64,000 nucleotides of DNA from the human T2T-CHM13v2.0 reference genome, Homo sapiens. Position 1 is the first letter of the stretch. Every line of letters begins with the position of its first letter. The stretch is from assembly GCF_009914755.1 (NCBI RefSeq), contig NC_060935.1; one strand, given 5' to 3'. The position numbers and the translations under genes were made by a program. Below, piece by piece: positions 42,031 to 56,910 of this stretch. Under the pieces are notes generated by a model, which had not been told where the DNA came from, did no database searches, and saw nothing but the letters and a program-made list of their open reading frames with translations.

Positions 42031-45000
42031 GTTGCTTTTCGAGCAGAGCCCCAGCCTAGGAGCCATGCACTGGCTGCTTTGTCTTCCTGGGCCTTGGTTT
42101 CCTCCTCTGTTATATGGGGTGGAGAATCCAGTCCTCTCTACCTCACGAGGTTACTGGGGGAAACAAATGGCGTGATGGACGAGAAGGTGCGTCAGAGGCA
42201 GGAGGCTCTGGATGAGCTTGAAGGCCCACGGTGGCTGTCATCATGGCCACCCCTGCTGTCTTCTCCCTCGCAGCTGAGTCCCCATCCCCTGGGGTGCACT
42301 AGCTGGGCCCCTCTTACCCAGCTAGGCAGAGGGAAGTGGGCACTGCATAAGGCCAGGCCTCCGCTGGCTCCCCATGGCCTTCACAGCCAAATGTAAATGC
42401 CTTCTCTTGGCAAGACCTCCTTGCACCTGCCTCTTGTCCACATCTCTCCATCAGCCACACTTTCCCACCATACCAGACTGGGCCCATCCTCAGAACATGC
42501 CACATTCCCGGTTTCCTTCCCTCTTCCTCCCATTTATTCAGCCACGATTTGCCGAGTGACATATTCCAGGATCTAGTGTGAGCATTTGGGTCATATCAAG
42601 GAGCAATTGAGTCCCGGCCTCCATGGAGCACAGAGCCTATCCACCCAACACTCCTAGACTCTTACCCAGGCAGCTCCCTCCACCTAGATGGCCCTTCCCC
42701 TTCTCCACCTGTGGATGGCCCCCTGAGGCCACCTCCTCCTGGGAGCTTCCCTGATCTTCCCCACCAGAGCTAACCTGGCCACCTCTACCTTGGTTCTTTC
42801 CTGCCTTGGAAGGTGGTGGTTACACATCTGATTTCTCCACCAGACTGTGAACTCCTCCAAGGGCAGGGTCTGTCCTTTCCATCTCTGTATCCCCAGTGCC
42901 CAGTGCAGCATCTGGCACATAGCAGATGCTAGTAAATATTTGTTACTACACAAATTGCAATGGAAGTCAAGAGAGCAGACATTTGCAAGAAGGAGGGAGT
43001 GAAATTCCCTCCAGTCTCCACATGGGTTGTGTTATCCCCTTTAGAATGTCCTTTTTTTGGGCTTCCTTACCCCTGAACTTGGCTCAGCTCCCTTAACGTG
43101 GGGCGGTTGTCCTCAGCACTAGGCTGTACACTCCAGCTCTCTCCTGAGTCCTGCAACTCCCCACAAGCCGTGTCCTTGCTGTCATTTGTATACTTCATGT
43201 CTTTGTATCCTTACTTCACTCACTTTATTGAGCGTCATCAATAGCATTAATAACACCAGGACCTGTACTGACCCAAGGCAGGGGGAGGATCTAAATGACC
43301 CCCCAAGGGAGTCTGGGATCCAAGAGTGGGAATTTGGGGCTTATGCTCACTCACCTCCTCAGCGTGACGGGGATATTGTAGCAACACAGGCTCCTCTGAG
43401 GGCCCCAAAACCCATGGTCAGTGCAGTAAGTTGCTCCCCTCTCTTCCGCTCGAGAGGCCACAGGCCAGGTCTCTAGGTCACTGCAGTATCCCTGGTGCTC
43501 AGCATAAAGTAGCTACTCAAGAAATGCTTGCTGAATAAGTCTATCTTTGGCTTCACCAAGCCAGGCCCTACCGTGTTCTGAAAGTTTCCCTGAGGTTCCC
43601 CCTTCTCTGTGCTGATTCACATCCACACAGCCCTCAAGGTCCATCAGGCCTATCCCCACCCTCACTCCTCCAGCTGTTCCCTCTGCCAGCCTGTGGGGTG
43701 CTTCGGAGCTGATGCTCCCTGGGCAGAGGCCCCATGGGTTGGGAATACGATGGGAGAAGTATCCAGCCACGAGTTGGGAAGGCTGGGCTGTAGCCTGCCT
43801 CTGCCTTTAGCAGGCAGTGGGACCGTGGCCAGTCACCTCCCCTTTCTGAGCCCTAGCTTCCTCCTCTGTAAGGCAGCAGACTGGCCTCCCGAGTCCCAGT
43901 GGTCCTCCTGGTCCTAACTGTCTCATGACAGCCCAGTGCAGCTGTGGCCCCACTCCAGATACAGTTCCATGGTGAGGTCAGTGGGCCAGACGGTCCAGTA
44001 CTCTTGCTGACGGGCTAGTTGGCAAGCAGCTAAGCCCTAGGCCCTCTCCAGCAGGATAATTGGGTGCTCCCCACCCCTCCCCCAGGCTGCTGGAGGCTGC
44101 CCAGTGGCTGAGATAATGTGGGCATAATTGGGGAACTTGCACCACACAAAGCTAGGAACAGGAAAAGCCAGTTGGGAGGGCTTGGGCCCCAGGTGAGAGC
44201 GCAGGGAAGGGGTGTGGGATCCAGGAGCCATTTTGGGATTGGTGCCATGCATGGATTGGTGCCATGCATGGTGGACCTGCAACGGGACACGGCCCTCTGA
44301 GCCCCTGCAATCCTGTCTCCTCTCATCCCCTGAAGGTGTGGAGGCAGGCAGGGCACAGTCCCTGGGGCACAGGCTGACATTCATTGTCTGAGTCTTCAGT
44401 GGTGACCTCACCCTCAGAGCTGTGTCAATGCCAGGAGGGGAGACGGCTGATAGCGGCCAGGCATGGGGTGGGGAGGGTGCTGCAAGGTGGCCGGGCACCC
44501 CAGAGGCCCCCTTACATCTACCAATCCCTCACCAGGCAGGGGCAGCCCACGTCTATGTTGGGGTGGAGGTTGCTCTTTTCTGTCCACTGTGGCACTCCCA
44601 GAAGCAACCACATGGTGGGGAAGTGAAGGACGTTCCCAGCCTCTCTCTTACTGGGCACCAAGTGGGTGCCCCTCGTCCTGGACATTTTTGCCCTGGTGAT
44701 GGGCAGGGTGGGGCAGGGCAGGGAGGATCTTTAAGGAGCAGGTACAGACTCACTTTGGTATTTGCCTCTTTGCTACATCTGACTGCTAGCAGGGCCAGGG
44801 GAGGTGACCCATGGGGTGAGCATAAGGGAGCTCTTGGAGCAAGGGGCTTAGGGTCATTGAGGGTGGGGACTGGATCCCAGAGTTCTGGAGTTGGGAGGTG
44901 CTGGAAGATTGGAAAGGCCTAAAAACTCCACTTCTCCACTCCAGACTTAGGGACCGGGAACCCAAGCCTCGTATTAGGGGCTGCCTGCCTTGGTCCAAGG

Positions 45001-46443
45001 ACTCAGGGTTGGGGAGAAGGACCCTCATTCTTTAGATTGGGAGGTTTTCAGACGGGAGCAGAGTCCAGGTGACTCTAACAGGCGGGTTAGAATGTTAGAG
45101 TCAACAGAGGAGCAGGGATCACCACCGGAAAGAAAGAAAGAGCTGGATGGGGGCAAGAATCCTGGAACAGGTGGGCCACGAGAAGGGACCAGGATTGATA
45201 AAAGGCAGCCTGCTCCAGGGACAGGCAGCAGAAACAGGGGCTTAAAGACTGCACAGCCCCTCTCCTTGCCAAGCTTCTCCAGACACTGCAGCCTTGACAA
45301 CCTGAAAGCTGAGCTAGCGTCTCCCACCTTCTGAAGGGCTGTTCCGTCACCACCCTTTCAGGCAGCATGGCGGGGCTGTTAGGAGCCAGGCAGTAGGGGG
45401 TTGCATTCCACCTCTGCCATTGATGAGCTGTGCAACCTTGGCCAAATGACTTCACCTCTCTGTAGCTCAGTTTGCACCAATGTTGCACATCTGTAAGATG
45501 GGGATTATAATAGCTAATACCTGCCCTATAAAACTGCGTAAGGATTAAAAGAGGGAGTCCATGGGAAACTCAGAAAGCAGCACTTAGGACAAATGAAAGG
45601 CTCATTAGATGCTAGCTTCCATCATCATCATCACCATCATCTTTCATCTATGAAGCAACAGGCCTCCCTCCCTGGAACTTCATTCAACAAATATTTGCTG
45701 AGCACCTACTCCATACTGGACACTGTAGGGAGTGCTACTAGGCGCCCCTCTTCCAGGACGCCCTTGTGACTGTCATCTCTTCCTACTCAGCTGACAGTTC
45801 TATTAATACCCCAATAACATGTAACACTGACCTGTACCCCTTTATTTTCTACTTCCTGGCATATGTGTCTAGCCTGTCTCCCAACCAATTGTAAGCCCCT
45901 GCAGGAGATGAAAGGAGCAGGCCTGGCCTTGGGTTGAGTTGACCATGTCACGCCTGCCACTGGCAGGGTCCAGGGCTTGGGGAGTTCCCTGCTGACTTTC
46001 TCTGATTCCCTAAGCAGTCAGGGCTGGTCCACAGAACACATCCTGTCTCCTTTCCCGCAGGTTCCCTCTTACATGAGAAGCAGAGGCTGGCCCAGATGTG
46101 GGAACTGGGACCACTAAAATGGTAGCATATTGGAGCTTGATGGACCATGCAATCCATCATTTACAATGACTGGAGGGATTAGGTCACCTGCTCAGGGACA
46201 CAGAACAGCAGCACCCAGCCCAGTGCTTTCCCACCCTGCCACAAAAACAGACTCTGGCTCAACCTAACTCCCTGGGGCCTCTTTCTGGGTGGTGTCCCTC
46301 CTAGAATATAACCTCAGTGCCTCCATTGCCCCTTGTGAGAAATGGCACAAACACCAGCTACAATACTGGGGTGGCCATTGCATCTGCAGGTCACCTGACT
46401 GGGTGTCAGGTGATAGGTCAGAAACAGGGGCTTTGGGGATCCC

Positions 46444-46446
<3 letters not shown>

Positions 46447-46482
<36 letters not shown>
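46447..46482. repeat. (TG)18 microsatellite
   Basis: Perfect TG run. Confidence 0.95.
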
Positions 46483-46484
<2 letters not shown>

Positions 46485-49400
46485 CACTTGCAGGAGGCTG
46501 CTATGTGCTGAGCAATAAGAGCTAGAGAGGTGGGGAGTGAAGGGCAGAGGCATCCATAGAACCTGTGCCCTCAGCAGAGGGGCTCTTGCATCCCACAGAT
46601 ATCAAAAGAATCAGTCTTTTTTTTTTTCCTGAACTCAAGCACTGCCTATATTCTCCCTGACCACCCTATGAGCTCCAGGATCTGGGACCCATGCCCCTGG
46701 GGCTTGTTCTCAAGTGCCTCAGTTTCCCCACTAGATCTCAGGTTGGGCAGTTCAGGCTGCCTCACTTCCCAGAAGTGCTGAGCCAGCATGACGGGCCTCA
46801 GGCCGGCCCCCTGAGACGTCACAGACCTGCAAACGCCTGAGCTCAGCAACAAAACACAAAGACTCCTCAGTTGTGGCGGACAAACCTGCTCCCCAAGGCC
46901 CTGCCTGCCATGGAGCTCATCCGCAAGCCAGTGCCACAGGTTCCCACGCAGCGGGGTGTGGCACACTTCGCTCCCCACATACCCACTTAAAGCAGTTTCT
47001 CTTCCTGCCCTTTTAACCCCCAGACCCCTCTTCCTAGCCAAGCAGGCTGGAACTGGGCTCAGGGGTAGGTGAAAGTGGGTACCTAGGTGAGGCGAGGGGG
47101 ATTTGGGGCTTCCTGGCATAAACCACTTCTTTTGTCCTGGCTGTGCCAGCCCACCCCAGCCCCTCCTTTCCTGAGACTCTGCCTGGGGGCCTTGAAGTGG
47201 CTGGGCAGGGGCAGCCAACTTGGCCTGGAGTAAAGTGGCGGCACATTGCAGAGAGGGAGTGGGTCTGTGTGCACGTGTGTGTCTGAGGTGGGTGCTGGGC
47301 TCCGCCATAAGGGCCTCTGTGAAATCGATATCCTTCGGGATGCATTTCTAGGGCTTTCCAGGGATGCTCCCACCCCCACCCCAGGAACTGGCAGAAGGGG
47401 ACAGGATGTCCGGTGAGAAACCGGCTAAGTGGTAAGTGGGAGTGACTCACCCACTGGGAGGGGCAGGGCCTCCATCTGAAACCCTGCTGAGGCAGCACAG
47501 TGACCTAAAGGTTATAGGCCCCCTCCTCCCAGTGCAGCCGCTTCCCTGATTGTCAACTCCCAGGGCTGGCCAACTCCATACCTTCTGAAGCCAAGGCCAG
47601 CTCCGCCTGGGAGAGAGGCCGGTGTGGAGGAGCGTGCAATCAGGACACCCACTTCCTTTCTGGGGTCCCCTCCTTTCACAGGTTTTGCCAATCAGTGTCA
47701 CCTAGACTCCGATCATTCTGTCAGCAAAACCCAGAGGGGCAGGGCTCTCACTGAGCTTGTCCTGTCTCATTTCCCCATTAGTCCAGGAGATTCACGGGTG
47801 CCCAGGCTGCCCCCTCCTGCCTCCAGACTCCCCTCTACACTCAGGATGGGGAGGAGGGCTCAGCAAGGAAGCAGAAGTAGACCCAGCAGACCCAGTTCTT
47901 GTCCTGGTGCTCCAGCCACCTTTCCCTGGGGCTGCGCACAGTCTGGACTTGAGTCCGGCCTGGCCTTGCACTGCTGTTAGTCTGGCATCTCTGTCTCCCC
48001 TGCTGCCTGCAGTGCAGAGACTTTGGCTGGTGGGAGGTGCTGATAACATCCCATGAGCCCACAGTCAGGGGCTAATTGCTACCATCCAAGTCAGTGCCTC
48101 CGCCCCTCCTTTGGGGTCACAAAAACTGCTGATGTTTTCCTCTTGCCTGATGACCCCCCAACTCCCCACATGGAGCTGTTTAATGATGGGCTGTGGAGCT
48201 GGCGCCCGGCGCCTTGGGCGGGTGAGCACAGTGCGTGGGAGAGGAGGGGGCACGGCGGCCTGGGAAAAGCCCCGAGAAGGAGGCAGCGCAGGAGCCCAGG
48301 ATCTTCCAGACAGGCCAGGCTGGCCCTGCTCTGCTGCCCCGGCGTGGCAGCAGTGATGGGGGTGCTCTGGCAAGTCCCACCTCCCTCCAGCAGGACAGGC
48401 TGGGGTCAGAGATGAGTCAGGGAGCTGAGTTTTGCCTTCTCCCACCAGGTGGCTGAGGACACCTGGATTCTGTCCTGCAGGCCTGTTTCATGCTGGCTGC
48501 CCCATCCACATGGCCCATCATGGGGCCAGTCCTGAGCCAGCCTCTGACTCCATCGTGGCACCCCAGGAACACAGAGCCTCTCTCTTGGCCCTGCCTGCCT
48601 CTAGCCTTCAAGACATCACCTCTTGGATCACTCTCCTGTACCTGCCACCTTTGCTCTGCTCACCTGGACACTGAGAGAGGCGAGCTCTGGTCCCCACTAC
48701 TTGCTCATTGTTTTTCTGTATGGCCTTGGATAGGGTGGTTTCCTTTGCTGTAAAATGGGGAATATTGGCTCTGATGACCTTGGGGGACTGCACTTTGGAC
48801 ATGACCTGTCCAGCTCACTCTGACCCAGCTGTGCCTTTGCCTTGGATCAACTTCTGGGGACCTATCTACCAAGTGGCTGCTCTGTCTCTCTACACTGCCC
48901 AGCTCTTCCAGGAAGACCTCCCAGGTTAAGTGGGATGCCAGGAAAATCCAGGCCACAGCATGGCAAAGCTGGAGCACACAGGGACTCTCCTACAGTCAAG
49001 TAATCACCAAGTCTTACTGATGCCAGCTCCTAAACAGCTTTTGAATTCCTCTTGATTTTCCAGCCCCGCTGGTCCTGATTCAAACTTCCTAAGCCCTCTC
49101 TCACTAGTGCACACCTCCCTCCACCTCACCTCCGGCAGTCTCCCTTTCTTATTTTCTCAATATTCCCGGGCTGGGACTTTGCACTAGCTCTTTCCTTTGA
49201 ACCTTAGCACCTGCCATCTCTTGCCTCCCTCCATTTCCCCAAGCCTTGCCCCTTGTCCAGGCCAACATCATCCCTTCCCTAGTCCACTGCTGCATCACGC
49301 TAAGTCTACAGTCTCCTGCCTCCAGCTCCACCCTGAAACTCCTTCACTCAGCTGCCAGAGGGATCTCTGTAAGATGCAAATCACTTACTACTTCAGACCC

Positions 49401-51293
49401 TCCCATGGTATCCTGCAGCCCTCAGGATGAAGTTTTTCCGGGCTCTAGACCCTATCTTGGGCATCCCCAACCTCCAGCCACTTCCTCTCCCAACTCTTCT
49501 CTCTCTTCCTTGCCACACTTAACAATCCGGTCGGTTGAGGTTGCTGCCTCGGCGAAAACCGCACCACTCCCCCGTTACCTGCGCAAGTCCTTTTCATTCT
49601 TCCCGGAATCACCTTAGAGTTGACTTTCAAGGGGGAGGCTTCCCGGAGCCCTCCTCTTCCCACCTTCATGGATTGCGTGTTCCTGCACCCCCAGGGTCCC
49701 AGTATCTCGGCGCACACCTGTCCTAGCGTTTCTCATACGGAGTTTGGAAAAGGCCAGGACTTGAATGAACCCAGTGCCTGGCACATGGGAAACACAGGGG
49801 GCCCAAGTGGCAGGTGGAAAAGGCTGTGAGCAGCTGGGGGCCTGAGCCAGGGTTAGCCATTTCTCAGGTCTGACTGCAGCTTCCTGGAAACTGCATATTA
49901 TCCAAAAGGCAGAAATGGAAAGTGAGGCCTCACACCTGCATGGAAGGGAAGCAGGTCAGGGTCCGAATCTTCTCCTTCCTTGACTGAAAGCAGGAAGCCA
50001 CATCCCAACAGGGGGAAGGTTGGCCCGATCCCTCGCCCACCTCCAACCCCACGACTTCTGCTTGCTTCCCCGAGACATTTCTCAATTGCTTTCCTCTCTC
50101 CTCTGCCCCAGTTCCCAGCACCTAGGCCCTCTTCCTTCCTCACGCCAGACCATAAGGTGACAAACATTTTTCTCACCCAAGCAAACTCCATCCCTGAGGC
50201 CCTGCTCTGGAGATCTTAGCCTTGTTTGTGTCTGCACTCCCCGGTTCATCGCCCCTCCCACCACCGCTGGGGCTTCTGCTGTCCCAGCCTTTCATGGTCT
50301 GGCCAACCTGGAACCCCCTGGCTCTGAGGCCAAGATTCAGGCAGGTCCCATTGTCTGCCGCTGATGCCAACCCTCTCCACCCCAGCTGCAGCAAACAACA
50401 CTGTCTTGTAGCAGACACGGCAGCCTGGATTTCCCTCGGCAAGTGTGCATTTTTAATGACACATTTTGGGGAGTGTAGGCAGCAGCCTCTTTGGAAGGCT
50501 AGTGTGGGGGTGGGAGAGGCGGGGGGCTGCCGAGAAAGCAGAGGGAGAATTCCCCAGGCTTCCCCGGAGAATCTTTTAAAAGCTCAGTATTGACATCTGC
50601 ATTGTCTCAGCCCCGCAGGCTTCAGGCTGATGTTCAACACCTGTTTGGAAGCAGAGGGTTCTCGATCTGCCTCATCCCAGGAGGGGCCTGTGGGGCCACC
50701 CCAGCGCCCAACCCTCCCGATGCCCTGTCCAGCTATGGGCAGCTGCCTGCTCGGATGGCCGGGGGGGTGAGTGGAAGGCAGTGGGGGAAGGTATACAATG
50801 CCTACCTGCAGGGAACACTCATTCTAATAGGGATGGGGTGGGAGTTCTAGGGGTTGTGTAGAAGGCCTGACAGATGAGAGATTAAGAGGAACATGGCAGC
50901 GGGGGGAGGGGTAGAAAGTAATCTATGAGCGCTGACTTTGAATTCAGATAGACCTGGGTTTGTGTCTGCTGCTTTTTAGCTGGTTGACTTCGAGAAAGGT
51001 GCATTAATCTCTCCATGCCTCAGTTTCCTCATGTATAAAATGGGGCCAGTAATAGTACTATCTCCTAGGGCTGATTTGAGGATCCAATGAAATAATTCAG
51101 TTTTGCTCTTGGCGTAGTGCTTGGCCCATAGCTATGCTATACAAGCAGTTGTATTATTTGCTAGGAGAAAGAACCTACCTAGAAATCACGTGCTCTGGTT
51201 CCCTGATTCCCATCCCGGCTCTAAGCCCACCCTGTGATCCTGAGCAGACCCCTGCAGTGATGAGGCTACTCCCCCAGGGCACGAATGAACTCC

Positions 51294-51478
51294 GCACCAA
51301 TGACATTTTGGAGGGGGGGACTGTCCTGTTGTGGGGGGCTGTCCTGTGTGTTGCAGAAGTTTAGCAAGATCCCTGGCCTCTACCCAAGTGCACCCCCTCC
51401 ATTTGTGATGACAAAATAACCACAGACATTGCTGCATCTCCCATGGCAGGCAAAATCATCCCCGGGTAAGACCACTGG
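51294..51478 (+). mobile_element. MER20-like (hAT-Charlie) element
   Basis: TGACATTTTGG...GTGGGGGGCTGTCCTGTGTGTTGCAGAAGTTTAGCAAGATCCCTGGCCTCTACCCA...CAGACATTGC...GGCAAAATCATCCCCGG...ACCACTG. Confidence 0.8.
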
Positions 51479-54400
51479 CCTAGAGGAAGGGAGTAAAGCT
51501 CAGGCAGGGATGGTGGAGCTCACGAGGGACATGCAGGGCTGGCTGTGGCAAGCTGGTGCAGAGAGGAGTGGGAAACATAGTTGGGGGGCACTCTGGTGGG
51601 GAACTGTCCTTGTTTGTCCAGGGACAGAGGGTCCAGAAGTGGCTGGGAACAGGGCTGGAGAGTCTGGGCTCTGTAGGAGGGGCAGTGAGTTGTGTTTGGG
51701 GGAGACAGGTAGAGAGAACAGGGTCCTCTGGGGAGCTGGCTGTCAGAATATGGGTTATAGAGTGGCATGTGTGTCCTCAGAGGATGCAAGAGGGTGGGTA
51801 GGGGCAGCGAGGGGAGGGACACAGGGGACATGCGGTGGGGTGTTGTGAGCACCTTTAGACAGGGAGGGGAGGGAGGCTGCCAAGGTAGGGGCTGCGCTAG
51901 GTTTCTAAGAGCTGAAACAAAGTCAGGCAGCGTCTTCCTTCGGCTGGTAAACTGCTATCATTTTGGAAGGATTTTCACCTCATTTGGTTTCTGCTTAAGT
52001 GAAATCCACAACATGTGTTCTGTGCATTAGTGGAGTGTTTGTGCTTAATTAGTGGCAAATTCTTTCATATTAAAGTCATTAAGTTTTGCCGTTTGCGCTC
52101 CTCACCCTGGGCCTGGTTCTCCTGGCTTTTCTTTGAACATAGGAGGGCCTGATTGCAGACTTGCAGGTGGTTCCAGCCTCGCAGCCTCAGGAGCAGCACA
52201 CACATGTGCACACGCACCTTCCCTGTGGCATTCAGACCCTACAGCATCAGCCCTTGAGCCCGTCCCACCCAGGGCTGGCATCTGGCACTCCCAGCACTTC
52301 CATCCATGCCCCAGGCACCTCCTGCTCCTAGGCAAGGCTTTGGAGTCAGAATTCTGCCTGCCCAGAGGCACTCTGCTGTGGGAGGGAGCTGCAAAGTGAG
52401 GGACTATCGGTTCAGGCTTCAGGGTGTGGGTGGGGCCCTGCTGCTGAAGGGGCAATGAGGAGAAGGCAACCTGACTGTTCAGAAGTTCTGAATGTGCCCC
52501 GCACATTCCAAACAGGCAGCAGGGCTAGGAGCTCCGTGCGCACTGCCAGAGCAGCAGGTGGGGGCCACTGGAGCAACATTGGGATGGAGGGCTCTCGACC
52601 CCATCCCCTCGAGAAGGTCTTGGTCTCACCAATCCCCACCGCAATGACCCCTGAAATAATACTTTGTAGCCACAGCACAGTGGTGACCTTGAACTCTTGG
52701 ACAGCGAGTGGGGATCAGTGACCAGGGCCCCAGAGCAATCTCTTCCCTCCACCTGCTTCCAAAGCAGCTTGAGAAGAAGAAGGTATCTGCATAGGCACCA
52801 AACCTGCTATTTCATTTCTGGGCAGAACTCACTGGTCTGGACCCAATGAGCGATACTGCATTCAAATTGCACGTAACGTCTGGGTTAGACATAACATTCC
52901 CAGGTGGGGCTGGGCCTTCTGCTGAACCCTTCCCTGTATGGATGATACAAGAACTGCACCAGGCCTTGGCACAAGGTGCTCAGGGCCTCTTCTGTACCTG
53001 GACTTAGGCGGTGCCAGGAAAGGGAGCTGTGATGCTGGAGGAGACAGCCGGAGCTCCTTTCCTCGCAGCCCCTCCTTGGTGAAACGTCACCCTGCAGTGT
53101 CTCAGGTGGCACAACCATGGACTGAGACCCCAGCAGGCCAGCCTCTCTTTCCATGTCTCCTGGCTCAGGGCTGTCTCCATCCAACAACAACAAAAAAAAT
53201 AAATAAATAAAAAATAAAGGCTTCCTTGCTTCCTTGCCACCCTATGAGCTCTGCTCCTGGATCACAGACCTCCGAGCTGGGGGGTGGCAGTCTTTATCCG
53301 ATGTGCTTCAATGACCAGGGGCTGGGGCCAGAAAAAAAAGGGGATGGGAAACGGAACTAGCAAAGGCTTAAAGTTGAGTTTTCTCTTGACTTCTTCAGCT
53401 AGTGTGGCCTCAGGAGCCCCCACCAAAGGGTCTCCAGCAGCGCTGCCGGAGGTAGGCCAGGAGGGCAGGTCCCCCAGGCACCAGCAGATCAGGGCCTCAG
53501 GACTGCTGGGGTAAGAGGCAAAACCCCGGCCCTGTGTTCCCTTGGCTGATGAGAGAACCCAAACCCCACAGAGGGGAGACCAGCCCGTGCCCAGATGTTC
53601 AGGCTTATGTCTGAGTAGCATCTGGGTGGGGCCTGGGGTGGGGAGGGTCCCACATCACAGGATGCCACAGAGGTGGGGGAACTCGGGGACAGGGGCAGGG
53701 ACTCTGAGTGGCCCTTCCATCACTGCAGAAGCCACTCACTTTTCACGCCGCCCCCCACCTCAACCTACCTTCCGGCTCAACTACCACCCCAACCCCGATT
53801 CTCTCCCCTGGCCAATGGTCCTGTGAAAATGGGCAGTTATCCTCCAAACATAAGCAATGGCCTTTTGTTCAACTAGTGCTGAGCCTCCCAAACTCATCCA
53901 CCCTTTCTCAGGACACCAGCCTGAGCTGGAATACCCCAACTCAATGTGCTTGCCCCAGTGTTAACCACCAAAAGCATTCTCCCCAACCACTCACAGAAAC
54001 CCCAAGAGTAGCCCCCGCCCAGGTCTCAACATCAGTGCCAACCTAGACCACAACACAAACCCGGGTCATGACCCCAACTCTAGTGTTAACCTCTTCCTGG
54101 TTTAACCACAGAACGAAGCAAACTCCACGCATGGCCCTCAGTGCAGCAGCAGGCCTGAACTCAGCTCCTCTGGAGCTCCAGGTCTAAACCCAGCCCCAGC
54201 TTGGGGTCACCCTGGAGGGCAGGCAGCCACAGTTCACAGTTTTCTTTCCACCTGAGAGTCCCCCATCCTGAGGTGGGCGGGGAAAGTGGGATCTTCAAAA
54301 GGTTGTGACATGGGGTTTTGGGGAGAGGCCAGCTGAGCTGAAGGCTGCTCTGCGGGTGGTCTGCCTGCAGGGGGCACGGTGCTGCCCACTCTCTGCCTTG

Positions 54401-56644
54401 CTCTTGCCCCGCTACAGCAGGGCCTGTGGACACATCCAGGTCCCTGGGCTTTCCCTTTCCCCAGTGCCCAGAAGGCTGAAAGGGGCGGTGGGAAGGCAGA
54501 GGCTTCCTTGTTTTTCCTGGTGCTAATGTCAGCCTTGGCACTTAACTAGCAGTAGGACCTATGAACAAGTCTCATAACTTTCCCGAAACCCAGCCTTTTC
54601 ACCTGTAAATGGGCCGGAGCACATCCACCTCATTTGGTTGGAGGGAGAGCTCCTGTATAAAATGACCTCCCCAGTCCCAGGAGTTTTCTGGGAGCCCTCC
54701 TGCCTGGCCTGCCCTGCTCCCAGCTCCCGGCTGTCATCCTCCCTTCCTCCCTCTTTCTCAGCAGCACTGAAATCATCACTTGGCAAAATGCTGAGGGGAG
54801 CACATCCCTCCTCTGCCGCGGCCTGTCTTCTTCCTGCCCCGCCGGGCAGGGGCATGTGGGGTGAGGGGCCTGAGAGGGAGAAGGTAGAAGCCCTGAGCCT
54901 GGCCGCATGTCCCCAGCCCCACCTGCTCCCTCCCAGCATCCCCAGTGGTGTCAGAGTTTCGAGAGTGGGGTCTTTCCCATGCTTCCCCCGCCCGACCATC
55001 CCTCTGCCCAACACGAATCTATCAGGAGCCTCGCCCAGCCCCGCTTCCAGCTCAGACTTGTCGGGGTTTCAGGAGTCACTGGGTAGGGGTTGGCGTGCCA
55101 GGGCCTGCTCCGCACACTGCCTCACGGAGGAACCAGCACGTAGGCTCGGGGCTCGCGCCCAGCTGCGGATGCAGCTCAGCCTCGGTGGCCACCTGCTTCC
55201 CTTCCCTTCCCTCCTTCCATTCCCATGCTCTCTTGGCTCTGTGCAGAGGGGCCCCTGAAAGCCGAGAAGTGGCTTGTGGCAGTGATGTGTGTGTGTGTGT
55301 GTGTGGGTGGCGGGGGTGGGAAGTGGACCCCATGTTTGCCACCTGCCTCCTTTCGGCCACCCCAAGGTTGGGCCCATGCCCTTAGCAGCAGCAGAAGCTG
55401 GGGCTCAAGTGCTCCCCTCCTTCCCTCCCTGGGGGAGAAAGTACAAAAGGGTCAGGTTCCCTGCCAGGCCCCTCCCAAAGGATGGCAAGAACAGTTAACA
55501 CATGTGCACTGCTGATCTGTGCCAGGCCTGGGGCTGGATATTTACATACATTAATTCACTTAATCCTTACAACACTCCAGGAGCGAGATTGTCCCCATCT
55601 TAGAGATGAGGAAACTCAGGGAGGTCAAGTCACCTGCCCACGGTCACACAGTCTGCAAGACTGATTCTGATCAGGGCAGTCTGTCTCCACAGGTGACGTT
55701 CTTCACCACACTCATAGCTCCACGGCCTCCCTCTCTCCCCTTCCTGGGGAAAAGAGCGGCCAGCACCCTCTGAACCAGACCTGGGTGAGCAGCCCCTGCC
55801 TGCTGGCAGTGCTGGCCTGAGGCTGACGATGGGGCTGCTGGGAGTGCCTTGTAGAGAGGGCAGGCACCATCCTCCCACCCCTGCCACTCCTCCTTCGTTC
55901 TGCGGGAGGCTGAGCTGACACCTCCACCTCCCCCAGGACTACAGGGGCTAGCAACCCCGGCAGCCCAGCACAAGGATATGACTGAAGACTCCAGACATGA
56001 AAAGCCCCCATTCTTCCCCTGTTCCTCTTGCCTCCTCGTCCCAGAGCTCAGAGACTTGACTTCCAGTCCAAACCCTGCCACTCTCGGGGTGTGTGTCTCT
56101 CTCTCTCTGCCCCTCAGCTCCTCCACCTGTGAAACCTGGAGGTGGCACCTGCACCCTTTGCCTCCTGGAGCTGTGGGGTGGTGAGGACCAAGTGAAAAAG
56201 GAATGCTGAGCACCTCTGAAAACTAAAGGGTGAATGACAGCTGCACGCATCAAGCACCTGTGATGTCATCCATTTACATGTAAAATCTCATTTAATCTTC
56301 ACAACTACCCCGAGTGGGGAGTCCCCTCAGCCTCGGGCCAAGAGAGGAGAGTGACTGCCAAGCTCTGTCCTTTCCCAAGGCCCAGGAGTGGAAGGTGCTG
56401 TTATTCTTTTCCTCGTTTTTCACTCAGCCCCTCCCACTCTGGGCCATGACCACCATGAAGCCCAGGAAGTGGCAGCAGGTGCTCATGAAGAGTCAGCAGA
56501 GGCTCCTCACACCCCTCCCTGAGTTGGGGCACTGGGGTCCTGGGAGGCCCAGCTCAGCCTCCAAAACACGCAGGGGGCTCCAACACACCTCTAATGTTGG
56601 ACGGTGAAGCCGGGCTTCCCCAGCAGAGGCTACTGGGATAGCAC

Positions 56645-56910
56645 ACCAAATTAGCTTAATGAGTGAGGCCCAGCTTTAGTAGGGGCCCTCCATGTTGCAG
56701 CGCTGACTCCTGCTTTCATTTTTAATGCTGGGAAAGGGTGGGTTTTCTTTTTCTCTCTCCCCCGTGCATTTTCACCCTAGCTAATGACTCCTCACTCAGA
56801 AAGGCCCCTACCACTGCTAATTAGATTTAATTACTGGGGTAATTAATGATTTGATTGGAAAACTAAAATATTGTGGGTGAATTTTGTGTATAAACAGGAA
56901 AGTCAAAGGG
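56645..56910. promoter_or_regulatory. Candidate intron-1 enhancer (TAATTA cluster)
   Basis: Three TAATTA within 28 bp (56818, 56828, 56840), plus ATAAACA and TCAAAG motifs, in a GC-rich background. Confidence 0.4.

Noticed and set aside
44237-44272. 17-bp tandem duplication GATTGGTGCCATGCATG
   Set aside because: Two copies only; ordinary slippage product, not an array.
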